Positions 1-16,223 are shown, numbered from the stretch's first letter. The stretch is 64,000 nucleotides of DNA from the human T2T-CHM13v2.0 reference genome, Homo sapiens (GCF_009914755.1 NC_060939.1), one strand, 5' to 3'. The notes: generated by a model from the letters alone, not told the origin. Numbers and translations: made by a program.

Positions 1-1601
1 GCAGGAGACCCAAGACCCCTGCATGGAGGGGGTACCAGGCAATTTAGTCTCTGATTCACACCCCATCTGGTGAGGAAGAGAGAATCTCAGTTCCTCTAGA
101 GATAAACACGCGGCAGCAGCACCCCAGGATCCTGCCCCGCGTGCATTATATTCCCCTGCCCATCCTCCCCGTTCACAAGCTTCTGTTCCTTTGAGCTGTG
201 CTATCAATTACAAGGGGGGTGGGGTGGGGAGCAAAAGAGAAGCAGAGAGAGAAACAGAGGAGAGACAGAGAGACAGCTTTGTCCCAGAAGGCCACATGTT
301 CATTTAGTTTTTACCAGGCTCCACAGGCAGGGGACATGAGAAATACAAAAGAAAGAAGCCCTTTAGGAGCTTAAAATCTAGTTGAGGAGACAGATGGAAT
401 ATCCAGCCACAAAACAGTTACTTAACAATGCAAGCAGCCATCACCAAGAGGGTTTAGCGTGAATGCCACAGACCACAAATGCTCCCTGCCTTAGGAAGGG
501 GAGGAAGATATGACTGTAAGCAGGATGGTCTTTGGGGAGGGATCAGGTATGGGAAGAACCAGGCAGAAATAGACTTGGAGGAGGCCCAGGGGAGGCAGGC
601 ACGTCTTGAAGATGGATGGAAGGAAGCCTTCGTACCCCAGAGCAGAGGTGAGCCTCAGTCCAACCCCCTCACCTTATAATCAGAAAAGCAAGGCCCAGAG
701 AGGGTGGGCAACTTGTCCACAGCCACACAGGATCCCTGGTGTCCAGACAAGGGCTTTTCTACCACACAACTTCTCAGCGGTGTCAGAAAGGGTCAGTTTG
801 TGCAGTGCTGACTGGCAGGTTAAAGTGTCTGAACCCCATCCATTTGCACCTACCTATGAGCTGAGGCTGGGTACAGGTGAGGCCCTGACATGAGGGTAGG
901 CCTAGGTATGGGCACTCACTCATCGCTGGGGACAGCAGCTTCCTGTCCTAATGGACAGGCAGATGTGTGTGTTTGAGGAGCTGCGGGGGAGACTTCCTCA
1001 GGCCTCCCTCAGTTAAGCGGGAGAAGAACTTCATTCCTTCAAGAAGGAGAGAAGAACTTGCATTCCACACACCAGGCCTGAGCAACTAACCTCCAGGTGA
1101 TAGAGGCCTCCAGGGTTACCAGCCACTGTGCCAGGAACTACCTCCCTCCATGACCCACCTCCCTACACAGGGCACCCTAAATACCAGGCTGTACTCCCCA
1201 GCAGCTCCTGCCCGCAGTTCTCCTAACCCCCACTCCAACCTGGTTCCACAGACCTCCACCCAGACCCTGCCCCCAGAGCCACACACCATGAGCCTTTTTG
1301 CTGAAAAGGGACTCTAGAATAGCTGGTGAAACTGCCTTCCCTCTGACAAGTTAAAATGATTCAGACTTCAGAAGTAGGAACTGAGGGCCTGAGAGGCTAG
1401 GTGACTTATTGAGGCGGAGAGAGCAGGGGACTAGAACTGGACTTTCTCTCCTCTCCCCATGTCCCACTGCCTCTTTCTAGGAGTCTGGAGTCACCAGGGA
1501 CCTTTCCGGGAATGATACCACAACTAAAGGAGCTCATAATTTAACATGTTTTCACCTCTGTTAGCTCCTCAAAATGATAATAGTTAATATTATTAGTACC
1601 T

Positions 1602-1922
1602 GGCTGGACACGGTGGCTCACACCTGTAATCCCAGCACTTTCGGAGGAAGTGTGTGGATCACTTGAGGTCAGGAGTTAGAGACCAGCCTGGCCAACATGA
1701 TGAAACCCTGTCTCTACTAAAAATATAAAAATTAGCCTGGCATGGTGGCAGGAACCTGTAATCCCAGCTACTCAGGAGGTTGAAGAAGGAGAATTGCTTG
1801 AACCCGGGAGGCAGATGTTGCAGTGAGCTGAGATTGCACCACTGCACTGGGTGATAGAGCGAGACTTGGTCTCAAAAAAAAAAAAATATATATATATATA
1901 TTTATATATATATGTGTGTGTG

Positions 1923-1961
<39 letters not shown>

Positions 1962-1978
1962 GTATGTGTATATATATG

Positions 1979-2014
<36 letters not shown>
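1602..2014 (+). mobile_element. AluS with tail expanded into (TA)n/(TATG)n microsatellite
   Basis: Full dimer; TSD attagtacct at 1592-1601 and 2015-2024 encloses the microsatellite. Confidence 0.9.
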
Positions 2015-2018
<4 letters not shown>

Positions 2019-2149
2019 GTACCTTAATAATAGTTAAGGAATGCTGCCTTTGTGCCCTGTGCTAAGCTCTTCCTGCACATTATCATAGGTAATCTTCACA
2101 ATATTTCTCCTTGGTATTTTTTATTATTTTATATTATTCCTCCCCCATG

Positions 2150-2280
2150 TTATTTATTTATTTATTTAGTAGAGACAGGGTCTTGCTCTGTTGCCCAGGT
2201 TGCTCTCAAACTCCTGACTTCAAGCGATCCTCCTGCCTCAGCCTCTCAAAGTGCTGGGATTTACAGGCATGAGCCATCAC
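2150..2280 (-). mobile_element. Alu monomer (FLAM-like) within MIR remnants
   Basis: gagacagggtcttgctctgttgcccagg...gtgctgggat. Confidence 0.75.
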
Positions 2281-2849
2281 ATTCCCCCATTTTAAAGATG
2301 AAGAAGCCAAGGCTCAGAGAGGTGAAGTGACTTGGCCAAGATCTCACAGCTAGCAGGTGGTGGGGCCAAGGCCCAAGCCCACCAAGCCCAGGTCTGTTTG
2401 CCACCACAACCCACATTTAAACCACTGTTGGGCCTGCCCAGGCAAGATGGCCCCAGGCTGGGAGTGAGGGCAATCCTGGCTCTTGGAGAACCCAGCCAGG
2501 ATTGAGACACCTGGGACCTCATCCTAAATTAGTGGGCAATACTGAGCACCAACAATAATACTTAGCATTTCCTACATGCCAAGCCCTGTGCCAGGTGCTT
2601 TAGACCCATCACCTCATTTACTCCTCCAATAGCCCTGACAGATGGATGGAATGGTGCACATTTTTTCAGATGAGGGTACAGACTCTCAAGAGGGCTAAGT
2701 AACTCCTGCCAAGGGCACTGATCATTGAGTGGCAGAGCTGGGGTTCAGACCCATGGAAGTCTGGCCCTGAAGCCCTTGTTCCAAAGGCTTCACTATGCTG
2801 CCTGAAAATCCCCACAGCGGAGGTTATGACATGGGAGTGGTCTCTGCTA

Positions 2850-3005
2850 GCCCCTTGCTACTCAGAGTACAGCCTGTGGACCAGCTGTATTGGCATTACC
2901 TGGGCTCTTGTCAGTCCTTGGCCTAGAATTATGAATTCAAAATCTCAATGTTATCAAGATTCCCAGGTGATTCACAGGCTCAGTAAGGTTTGGGAAGTCC
3001 TGCAC
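2850..3005. mobile_element. MER5-like hAT DNA transposon remnant
   Basis: tgctactcagagt...ggaccagc...gcattacctggg...ttcccaggtgattc...tttgggaag. Confidence 0.5.
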
Positions 3006-5215
3006 TACATCATAGAGCTGATCACCCCAGTTCCCCAAGAGACCTGAGATCAAGAATTAAGGCTAGGAAAGAGGGGCAGGGATTGAGGGTGGCAGGGACT
3101 CGGGGTAGGTCCCCCATCCTCCTCCCTGTAGCTAGTCCATCCTTTTTGGAGTCATTCAGGCACACAGGCCTCAGGTATGAGTCAATGCACACATTCCCCT
3201 GGGTCAGCCCCTTTAGAGGGATAGCGGAGGGTCTCACAGGCCAGGCCAGCTTCAGTCCACACCCTGAGGCTTGGGAGAACCCTCAGTCCTCCCAGGAAGG
3301 GGTTAAAACAAAACAAGATGCACTCTGGCTCCAATAATTCCACTCCCTGATAGCTTTCCCTGGAGAACTCCCTAAATGAATCCCAGCGAGGGAGAAAGCA
3401 GGGGCCGGGAGCAGAATCAGGCAGTTTGCTTTTGCTGGAGATTAACCTCCATGGGCAGCCAAGATTACATTTAAAGGCCATGTCAGTGAAACCACCTTTC
3501 AATGAGGAGTGCGGTGCCGGCTCCTGTTACTCAGTGCTTCCTGCGTGCCAGGCAAAGTGTGGGGTGTGCTGGTCCTCACAGCCGCCCTACCAGGCAGGAT
3601 CACATGCACGTTTCACAGGCAAGGAAACTGGGATGAGGGAGCATTAACTTGTCCAGGGTCTCGTCCTTAACAAGTCTCAATTTTCAGCCCCCAAACTACA
3701 AGCACGTGGAGCTGCAATGCAGAGTCTAGGGCTCCTGAGCATGAATACTCTTAGGAGCCTGAGCTATTCCATTCTAAAAGGGAAACGCTTGAAACTGAAG
3801 CCCCAAGGAATCAGCCCGCGGTGTAGCCACCTTGGTCAGGCTGTCTTTTGAGGACAGCATCTGAACCCCCTGATGGAAGGGCGTGCATTTCCAACCATCC
3901 GCCTCTGGCCCGGAGCTCAGATGCCCAGCAGACCCACCGACATAGACCTGAACACCCATCTGCCTCCCTGGGTTAGTCTGCTGGGTGAACTGTGAGTCTG
4001 CGAGGGGTGCTTAGCATGCCCCCTCCCCACGGGCCCCTGAGGAGCAGGCAGAAGAAGCAGGGGCCTCCAGAGGCCTCCTCACACCTTTTCAGAAAGGCAC
4101 CCTCCTGTGTCACACAACATCTGCAGTGCCGGCAGGCACACGGGCAGGGAGTTATTACGAAGGAGGAAACCCAGGCAGCTAATCAGCTTTGGAGGTTTCT
4201 AGGGACATCAGCCTGTGAAGTGAGAAAAGCGGATCCAGCCGCACCGTTGCTTGGCATCTGAGCATTCTCCCATGGGACCACAGCCTTGCAGGGGAGAGAG
4301 GGCCATGTCAGACTGCCAGAGCTTGGAGGCAAACCCCCCAGCTGTCTCCAGGACCCCAAAGGATTAACCAAGCTGACCCCACCCACAGCTTAATTTCTTG
4401 TACTATATTGTTAGGAGTTTAAGGAAACCAAACATCTTGAAGGTATTACCATTTATAAAAAAAAGCACATTTACAATTAGCTATATATATATAAGCCCCT
4501 GGGGATTTATCTCCCAGGATTCTAGGCTGGTGATGCAAAGGCCTCAGCAGGGGCCATCTATATCTCAGCATTGACACAGGCCAGGGAGGGTATGGGGAGC
4601 ATCTCCCTGAGGAGTCTCATCTCTCTGATCTGCAAATCTTACCGGGGTCCCCACCCTCTGTCCACGCTTCCCTTCCTCACACCCAGCCATCTGCTCAGAG
4701 GCTGCACCAGCCTTCCCCTGCACTGCCGGGAGGGCCGAGAGATGAGGGTGGCTGAGCCAGAAGTGATTTGGTCTCAAAGTCCAGGGCTGCCTCCCAGCGA
4801 ACTCCATATGGGGGCCTGGATCTGCCTTCCTCAGAACAAAGGGGCATCTTAAACCCAGCGAGAGGGCTCCTGCCTCAAACTGATTCATCACTCACCAGCC
4901 GTTCAGAGCAACTGTGCAAATGCCCTCAGAGCCAGGAAGAAACTTGTCAGCGATCAGACAGGAAAGAGGCGGCGTGCCACGGGAGCTAAGTGGGAGGGTG
5001 TGGGTTCAGGCTGCCCAGATGACAGTCCTGGCTCTTCTGCTACCAGAATGCCATTGAGTCCCCCTAAGGCTCAGTTTTCTCTTCTGTAAAAGGGGGATGA
5101 TAATGACCTATCTTCCATTCTCCCAGGGCTGTTGTGATGACAAAATGAAGTAATTCATGTAAAGCACTTGGACAGGGTGCCCAGCATGCAGCAAGTACTT
5201 AAAAAGTGTTAGCTA

Positions 5216-5543
<328 letters not shown>

Positions 5544-6401
5544 TCAAAGCAGCCTCTTTAAAGGGACACCCCCCCTTCCAGAGGTCCAGAGATATGAGAT
5601 GGAGAACAATTTCCACTTGCCAAAACTTCTGCCCTTTTTCAGCCATGACCCCACTGCCCACAGCTCGCCACCTCCCTGGGATACATGGAGAATTTTGGTT
5701 TATGCAACACACTCCCAGTGTGCACAGATTCAACAATAACATAATTTTTGCAGGACAGGGCAGTTAAACCACAGTCATCATTTCATCACCACAATTGACG
5801 ATCAAGCAGCACAAGCAAAGCACAATTCTAGAGCTGAAACATCTTGCCTCGCCTTTTCTCTCCCATTCAAAAACACACATTAGCATGAAGGTGAGTAGGA
5901 GTGATGTCATCATTGAGATAATTCTGAAATTATCCTACCATATTTTTTTAATGCAAACTATTAACAAGCTCCAGAATTTCATTACTGGTATATAGAGGTC
6001 TTATCCTACCCAAAGGTTTACATTAGTTTAAGCACATAATTAAAAATTGCATGTAGCCGAAATTACCCTTCAAGAATTTCTTTAATCACCCTTAAAGTAT
6101 GGGAATGATTTATCTTTATACACAAGAATCAAACTCAGTGCACCGGGATGCTCAAAGTATGAAAGGCATATGGAAACTAAGACATGCTGACCCAAGAACT
6201 GGGTAAAGCTTTCTCCCCGACTCCCCTATGGGTGTTTGGCTACATTCTTGTCAATTCACATTCCAGTCAGTTAAACAAGCATCTGATATAATTCCACCGC
6301 CACGAATCACTGCCAGGCACCTCAAAACCGACCCATGCTGAGAAATTAGTCCTCCAGAAGGCTGCATAAGATGGGACTGCTCCCGCTGCCCTCATGCCCT
6401 A

Positions 6402-6863
<462 letters not shown>

Positions 6864-8295
6864 CTATGCACCCCATCCCCATGTTTCTGTAATGTTAATA
6901 GGAATTCCTATTATATATAGAACTTTATGCATTACAAAGTGCCATCCAAGGCGGTACTTTACTTAATCATCAGACCATCTCAGAGATAGATATTATTTGT
7001 ACTATTTCCTCTTTCACAGGTAAGAAAACTGAAGCCCAGAGATGTCAAGTGACTTGCCCAGGGTCTCACAGTCAGTAGTTGCAAAACTGAGACCCAAAAG
7101 CAAGACTGACTCCAATACAGATGCTGCTACTTCGATGGTCACCCTGGATAAGCACTGAAGCCTCACAGACCTTCAGGGTGTGACCTTAGGTAAAGTATTC
7201 AACATGTCCTGGATTCCCATTTCTCATCTGTTTAGATCAAAGAAGAACAATGGAGCTTGGGTCATAGGGTTGTATGACATGATTAACAGACTCAAAGGCA
7301 CTATGAAAAATTTAAAGTTCTAAAGAAATACAGAGGGAGATAGTAATAAATCATGCTTCTTTTTGCTGGCCAAAACCCATCAGATGCCTGGTCCAATGCC
7401 TGGCAGGGAGCAGGGTGTGTGGTCCCAGTACCCGGGGTACAGACTAGGTTGTGGCCCCATTGCCCCTCTCCTCTGGCACTCTGGGTGTTGGTCCTTTTGC
7501 CTTTGTCATAGGGAGAGATGAAGAGTAGCAAACACCAACTATGGTTTCCCAAAACCAAGGAAGAGGGTGCTCCTAGAACCTTTACTTCCAGCCAACCTCT
7601 CTGCTCCTGCAGAAGAGAAATGAGCAGGAAAAGAAGGAGGCCAAAGAATAGATGGGGTTAAGGCCAATCAGAGAATCAGAAGCCCGGCTGGAGGGACAAG
7701 CACTCCAATCCCAGGCATGATGCCAAGTCACCAACTTCTCCAGCAAACAACTTACCAGACCAGTTACAACTCCACTCGAGGAGGAATGAACCCACCTGGT
7801 CTGAAATGGCAGTCACAGACCCCTCCTCACATTTCCAGATAACTAGCGATCCTGGAGCTGGCCCCTCCCCAGCAGACTAGGGCCCTCCCTGGCTGAGGGA
7901 GATGGGGAAATGGGTGGGGAGAAAGGAGGGGCGTTGGGGTTATAGGCATTCCCCGCCCAGCGCCCCCCGCGCCCCCCTCCCCCCGTCCCCGGCCCAGGAA
8001 GATGTAATGTTTTAAGACTTTTTAGGATCGCACTTATTCAAACCCCTGCGCATCCTCCCCATGTCGTGAGTTCACCCGTCTTAGCCCCGAATCCAACCCT
8101 GGTATAGCTGTCGGGAATAAAGTTTTTCCTTGATGCGGACGCGAGCTTCTACTTCTTGGGAGAGGAGTGGAGAGAGAATAGCCCAGATGAGTGTCTGTGG
8201 GGAACTTGAGGTGGGAGGGTTAAGGGACTAGATTTGCACTCTCCTCCCGGGAGATGGGACCATTGCAGCCACTAAAGGGAACAGAGTGGTGGTGA

Positions 8296-8334
8296 CCGAG
8301 CTCCAGGCAGCAGAGCCGAGCTCCAGGCAGCAGA
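8296..8334. repeat. 20-bp tandem duplication
   Basis: ccgagctccaggcagcaga(g) x2. Confidence 0.9.
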
Positions 8335-9044
8335 ACCGGCGGACCGCGAGAGCCAGGGCAAGGTCTCCGCGTGTGCACACTTCGGGGAAGGGCAGGGGCA
8401 CGTGAGCATCCCCGCGGCTCGCTCGCTCTCGCTTTCGGTGGCTTCTCCTCTCCTTCTTGGCTCACGGGCTCTGTCCCGGGTCGCTCCCTAGCCACGCGCC
8501 GCCCTCCAGGAATCTCCCTCGTCTTCTCCTGTCTCTCCCGCGCACTCCTCAGCCCAGTACCAGCTCCAAATGCAGGTCGTGCCATCTCCGCCCAGTGCAG
8601 CCGTCAGAGTCCCGGTCTCCGCTCCCCAGGCTGCTGTCCCCTGTCTTGGCTGCCTCGGGCTATGTCCACGGCCGGGCACCGAGCACCCCAGCTCGTCCGC
8701 CTCGGTCAGCGCTTAGCCTTGCGGTCTCCCCTGGCTCGTTTCCCTCGGTCTCCACGCCAGCCCGCCCCGCTTGCTCCCGCTTCGCTGCACTCCTTGCTCC
8801 TCAGTCTGGGCTCCGGGTCCTGCCCCAGTCTTCCTCCGGGGGGTTCCGTCCTCAACACGCCCCTAGGGCCCCCAGCAGTCCGGCCTTGGTACCCTCTCCC
8901 CGTCCGGATCCGCAGGGTCCCCCCCGCGCGGGGTCCGCCCTCAGGTCCGCGCCGCTCTCCCCGGGTCCGCCCCTCGCGCCCGCTCCCTCCCTGCTCGCCC
9001 TTCCCCTGGCTCCGTCCGCAACCGCCCGGTCCGGGGCGCTTTCA

Positions 9045-9206
<162 letters not shown>

Positions 9207-10404
9207 TCACAGCGTCCCGCGGGGCCGGCGCCGGGGCCGGGGCTGGGGCTCCGGCCGGGGCCGAGCCCAGGCGGTGGGGGACTGGGGCCGCATGCCTGCT
9301 CAGCAGCGCGGGGGGCGCAGGGGGAGCGCCGCTTGCGCCATCTTGCACCCACCCGGGCGATCTGTCAGCCTCGCCCGGGGTGCGCGCTCCACACTCGCAC
9401 CGCTCGCGGCCGCCCCGCCCTCCTCCCCAGCCCGCCGCCCCCCTCCTCTCTGCTCCCGGTCCCCTCCCCCAGCCCCCTCTCCCCGGAGGCCCGGTCTGGG
9501 GAACAAAAGAGCCGGCGAGCGCTTTAAGCGGCCGGACATTCCCGGCTGCGCGGCGGACGCGCCCCCTGCGCTTTGAACTGTGGCTGGAGCGGCCGGCGCC
9601 GTCCCGGGCTGCAGCCGGGTATCCCCTCCCCGCGGGCCAGCCGGGGACCTGGGGGGCTGAGGAAGTGGACACCAGCGGACTGGGGAGTGGGTCCGGGCTG
9701 CGGAAAGACACACAGCTGCGGGATTTGCTCTGACCCACTCTTTCTGCTGCGCCCTCCTCCAAGTCCATATTTTAGAGATAATTCTCTAAAAAGCTGCGTA
9801 AAGTTGTCAAAGATTCAGTTTTCCATGGATTTCTGGTCCTTCCACTCAAAGGATAGATCCTGTAGCTGCAAGCTTGGCTTCTCTGGACCGAGGAGTCCTG
9901 GCGCTCCGCTGGGGAGGATTGCCTGGAGAGAGCAGACCCAGCAGCAGGACAATGAGAGCTCTAAAGGGGCCTGGCTTCCGACCTGGGTTCTGCCTGCTGC
10001 CTAGCCCAGTCACTCTCACTGAGCTCATCTGAAAGATGAAAATAATCTTATCTCTCCTGTTCATCCCTAGAGACCTTTAAACCGCAGAGGTCCTGACAAA
10101 TGACCTGGTAACTGGAAAAGCACATAGAAAGTTAAAATTCCCAGTAACGTTTCTGTGCCACAAAGAAGGCCCTCAATCGTTCATGTCAGAGAACATATAA
10201 GGAGACAACAGAGGTCCCACGTGAGAATGTTACAGAAGATAAGCATGTCTTTTAGCAGAGACATACCCATACTAGCCCTCAGAGATCTTGAATCTCAGCC
10301 ACTCTCTATTAAATGGTCTTCTGTTGAGTCCAGCATGATGGACTAGTCCATCAAAATTATTGAGCAGCTACTAAGTTCTAGGAGCTAGAGAATTAAAGCT
10401 GGCA

Positions 10405-11084
<680 letters not shown>

Positions 11085-12077
11085 TCAGAGTGCCTGTAGA
11101 TGGACAGGTTTACTAATGATGAGGTTGGCATAGCTCAGGACTGTTCACTCTAGGGCAGCTACTGGAAGATGAGCCTGAGAAGCAGGACATGAGGCATGTG
11201 AACAGCGGGAAGCAATGGAAAAATTCTAGGTCGAGGACTCCAATGTGCCAAAGCCCTATTGGATTTCATTGTGAGAAAGGGTGGGAGTGGTGGTCTACTG
11301 GCCTTAGGAAAGGGAGGGGAAGGGCCCTCCCTGGGCCTAAAATCCTGGAACTCCCTCCTGCAGGGCTTGAATTCTCAACAACCCCTTCTTGGCTTGTCCT
11401 GGACTCTGAAGAGGTCAAATTGGTCTCTTGAATTGCTGTCATTTTAAATTCATTTTGACAAGTGTTTAATTCTTCTTTATCACAACCCTTGGTCTGAGAG
11501 TGATATGCAAATAATGGCTATTCTGCCGAGTGCAAAATGTGCAGTATCTCTCTGTCTGATCTGTCAATTAACTCTGGGTCTGGCCCACCACTTTGGGGGT
11601 GGTCCTGAGCAAAGCAGCCTCTAGCTCTTGATTCCCTCCAATAGAAAGCATGTTCCGGGCTCTGTAAAGATCTTAGCAGACAGCAGCTGCCAACTGTGAT
11701 GCCAAGATGTGTGTGGGGTGTGAGTGTGGAGTTTTGTGTGTGAGACTGTGTGCACATTTGCATTAACGGACAGACACAAGGGTGTTTGTGAAGGCAAAGT
11801 ATGCATGTGCGGGTCTCTGAGCTTGTACACACAGTGCACGTGTGTGTGATTGTGTGGCCATGAGTAATTTTGGTGACCAGAGTTATACAGGAGAATAGTT
11901 GTGGAGCCCAAATCTCTGGAGTTGTTCCCTCTTTCCTGCACCCAAAAAAGTTCAGAGAAATGTGTGCCCAGATGGAAAGAGATCCCCAGAGAGTCTAAGG
12001 AAGTGCCATCAAAGGACACATCTTTCCTAAGTTTACGTCTTTTTCCTAAGTGCCTGTTGAGGGAGGAAGATGGTTTA

Positions 12078-12764
<687 letters not shown>

Positions 12765-12861
12765 TCACAGTAAGAAATAAAATCCCTAGGGCACAAAGGC
12801 TGAGGAAATTCTAGTCATGGTCAATGGTTCCAAAAGAGAATTCCACATTTCTGGAAAATAG

Positions 12862-12867
12862 TTTATT
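12862..12867 (-). terminator. distal polyadenylation signal AATAAA of IGDCC4
   Basis: tttatt on + strand at the end of the AU-rich UTR block, with U/GU-rich sequence downstream on the minus strand. Confidence 0.75.
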
Positions 12868-14520
12868 AATTCATTATAAGGACAGATACATGAATCAATG
12901 CCTTAGCTTAACACTAAAGAGTATCATATTTGTAAGGAGAAAAAAAAACGCTGGAAGGATAATTAAATAGTACAGCATAAACTAAATACAGACAAATAAA
13001 TGAGCAAGTACTGATTACACTTGTCATGCATCAAGAAAAGGAAGATTTTTAATTGAGACTCAGAAAACTTAAGGCATCAATGGTAGGTGACAAAGGGATT
13101 AATACCCTGTAAAAGGCCAATAGATTCTTTTCTAATAAAAATACTGCTACAAAGACACAAACCTAACACTTCCAAATTACCCAGAGCCCAAATCATATAT
13201 AATGCTAGTGAGAAATGGCCACTTTCTTATCAACTGTGAGTTATAGGCAGATACCAGATTTATTACTTATTTGCTTTTGAGAAACAATTTTCCACCCAAC
13301 CTAATGGGTTATAAATTGTCTCATTTGCAGCTATTTAATTTAAACCAGAACCTCAGTGCCTGTTAAACAAGAACATGAAAAATGACTATGTGGTATAATG
13401 CTAAGAGCCTACTGTTAAAACAGCCATTTAATTCAGGGCAGTTTTTTTTTCTTCTTTAAAAAAAAAAAATCAAACCAGCAAAATAAAATGAGGCTTTTGA
13501 CCTTCAGAGCAATGATGAAACATACACAGTGGTGTTAGCCACAGCAGCGCTGAATGCTACAGAAATACTACAAGTGACAATTCTGTCTTTAACGAGATAC
13601 AAAACCAACATTAATAATCTTTAGTGTTATCATAGGCTGGCTGAAGGAGGGGGAGGAGGTGGAAACGTAGGTGCAGACATCAACAGTGAGTGACACCCGA
13701 GTATAATAAACACAGATGCTTTCAGGGTTTGAGGAAGCCGCAACTGTGCTGAGAGACATTCCACCATTTAAAAAAAAAAAAAAAAAAAAGGAAAAATGGA
13801 CTGGTTATTTCGAATTTGGCCCAGAAGGCAGAGTTAACTCTTGATGTGCCAATCAGACATCATTAGGGAGTAAAGACCCTAACATTCTATGCTCCTATGA
13901 GAGGGCTGAGGTGAAAAACCAAATAAATGACATTGTTTTCACTACACAGAAAATAGAAGTCAAGCTTGTCCCTGTGCGGCAGGTGAACAGAAAATGACTT
14001 GAGGATTCAATTTAAAGAAAAAACAAACTGAAATGAGCTACCCCTTTTCCTGTGCAAAGACCTCCTTGCCAGCACCCCAGAGGGTGAGATTCCTGTCATC
14101 CCCAATCCAGATCAAGTCAAGCCTCACAGGGTGGGAAGGGCCTCCCTGAACTCTCACTCCCCTTCTCTTCCTTTAGCTTCTTCTGGAAGAGAGGCCCAAA
14201 TCATCTCCATCCAGTAAACTTGCCCCCCTGCATAGAAGGGAGGGCATCTTTTTATTCTGAGCCTCTGGATCACAGTCCCCTTCCCTGTCTCAAACATTCC
14301 CCTCTATGACTTGGATCCATCCATGGAGAACCCTTGGATCCCAATCCCAAAGGCAAGATGCAGGGAAGCCAGAAGATCTTCTCCACACCCGCACTGGGCG
14401 TGGGTGGGCTGCCTGGGGCAGGGCAAGCAGAAGCACTGAGTGAAGAGGAGGCAGGAGGATGGCAGGCGAGTGCGCGGCAGCCGCGGATACAGGAAGGGCA
14501 CGGGGGCCTTGAAGCAGACA

Positions 14521-14528
14521 TGAGGTAG
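14521..14528 (-). promoter_or_regulatory. let-7/miR-98 8mer seed site (CTACCTCA) in IGDCC4 3'UTR
   Basis: + strand tgaggtag is identical to let-7 nt 1-8. Confidence 0.8.
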
Positions 14529-15371
14529 TCACGTTGTTAGAGAAGGATGCAGAGTTTGAACCCAGGCAGGAGAACAAGATGACATAGTCTGGGAGAGGTG
14601 TGAGAGATAGCAGAGGAAGGAAAACAGGAGAGAGGAAAGGAAAGAGTATCTGGGAGCAGGAGAAGGGCACTGGTGCTGGGAGAGCGAGGTGACTGGGAGA
14701 CAGAACACTAGAGCAGCCAGGGGCAAGGAAGGAGGGGAAGAGTGAGAGAAAGCGGATTTTCAAAACCAGGCACTTCCCAGATTACAAAATTAAATGCAGA
14801 GTTGCTCGGAGGGGAGCCAGGGCCACCCTCTCTATTTGGGCAATAAGGAGCTGGGAGGTGATGCAGCTGAAATGCCAGGCATTCAGAGCCTGCTTGCACC
14901 CAACCCAGCCAGACAGGAGAATGGGCTGGGACTGTCTTTGTCAGACAGGCATTGGAGACACTCTCAGAGTGTGTAATAAAAGGCTGGGCGATGGAGGTGG
15001 GGGCCCACAGGGCTGGGGACTGACCACTGTGGGGCACCGTTCTGACCTGGAGGACCAATCAGGCTGTAGTGACCACTGCCTGGGCCACGGTTTCCCAGCT
15101 CAACAACCAGTACGCATACATGCACTTCACACATGTGCACATCACATGTAGCTATGTCTCGTATGTCTTTCACATGTCACATGTGTATCACAAAGAGTAT
15201 GGGGGGAGTGAATAATCCATGTTTTCCTCTCCCCTCAGCCAAAGCAACTTAGGAAGCTCCAAAGGGCTTGATGATGTATCTACAGGCACACATGTGGACA
15301 TACACGGCCACAGGTATCGCATCCTATGTGATCCATACCTGCCTGCCCCAAACCACATCCTCTGGGAAGAG

Positions 15372-15818
<447 letters not shown>

Positions 15819-16223
15819 TTACTGAGAGTAATCATCAGAATGACCAGCGTACGTGGGGCAGAAAGTCTGACCCTCCATCAGAGTAAGTATCACATGGGAG
15901 TCGGTGAAGGATACACAGGAACTGTTCGAACCTATACAAAGGCAGGGAATGATGGAATACTTCCCATTTGCCCTCATCCAGGAGTTTCAGGAGTACCAGA
16001 CTCAGTCAGGGCCTCTGGGGACAGGAGGAAGGGCTGAGCGTACTCAGGCCAGCCACACCCTCAGATCCACGGAACTGCTGTGGCCCACTTAGGTCTGGGT
16101 AGAGGAGGGGCTGTTTTCAACCCAGGTTGAAACAGGTTCCTGCAAACTGGCCTGCCCTCCACCTACTCAACCTTTGGAGGCTCCAGGGGTCTCCTGGCTA
16201 GACTTCTATCCCCAGGAAAGTTA

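Larger units (their letters stand above)
12845..15371 (-). other. IGDCC4: IGDCC4 3'UTR (~2.5 kb)
   Basis: Repeat-free stretch from the stop codon to the distal AATAAA; AU-rich distal half; an Alu begins just beyond. Confidence 0.8.

Noticed and set aside
14521-14560. Possible let-7-like miRNA gene on the + strand
   Set aside because: No complementary arm nearby to form a pre-miRNA hairpin; better explained as a target site on the minus-strand mRNA.
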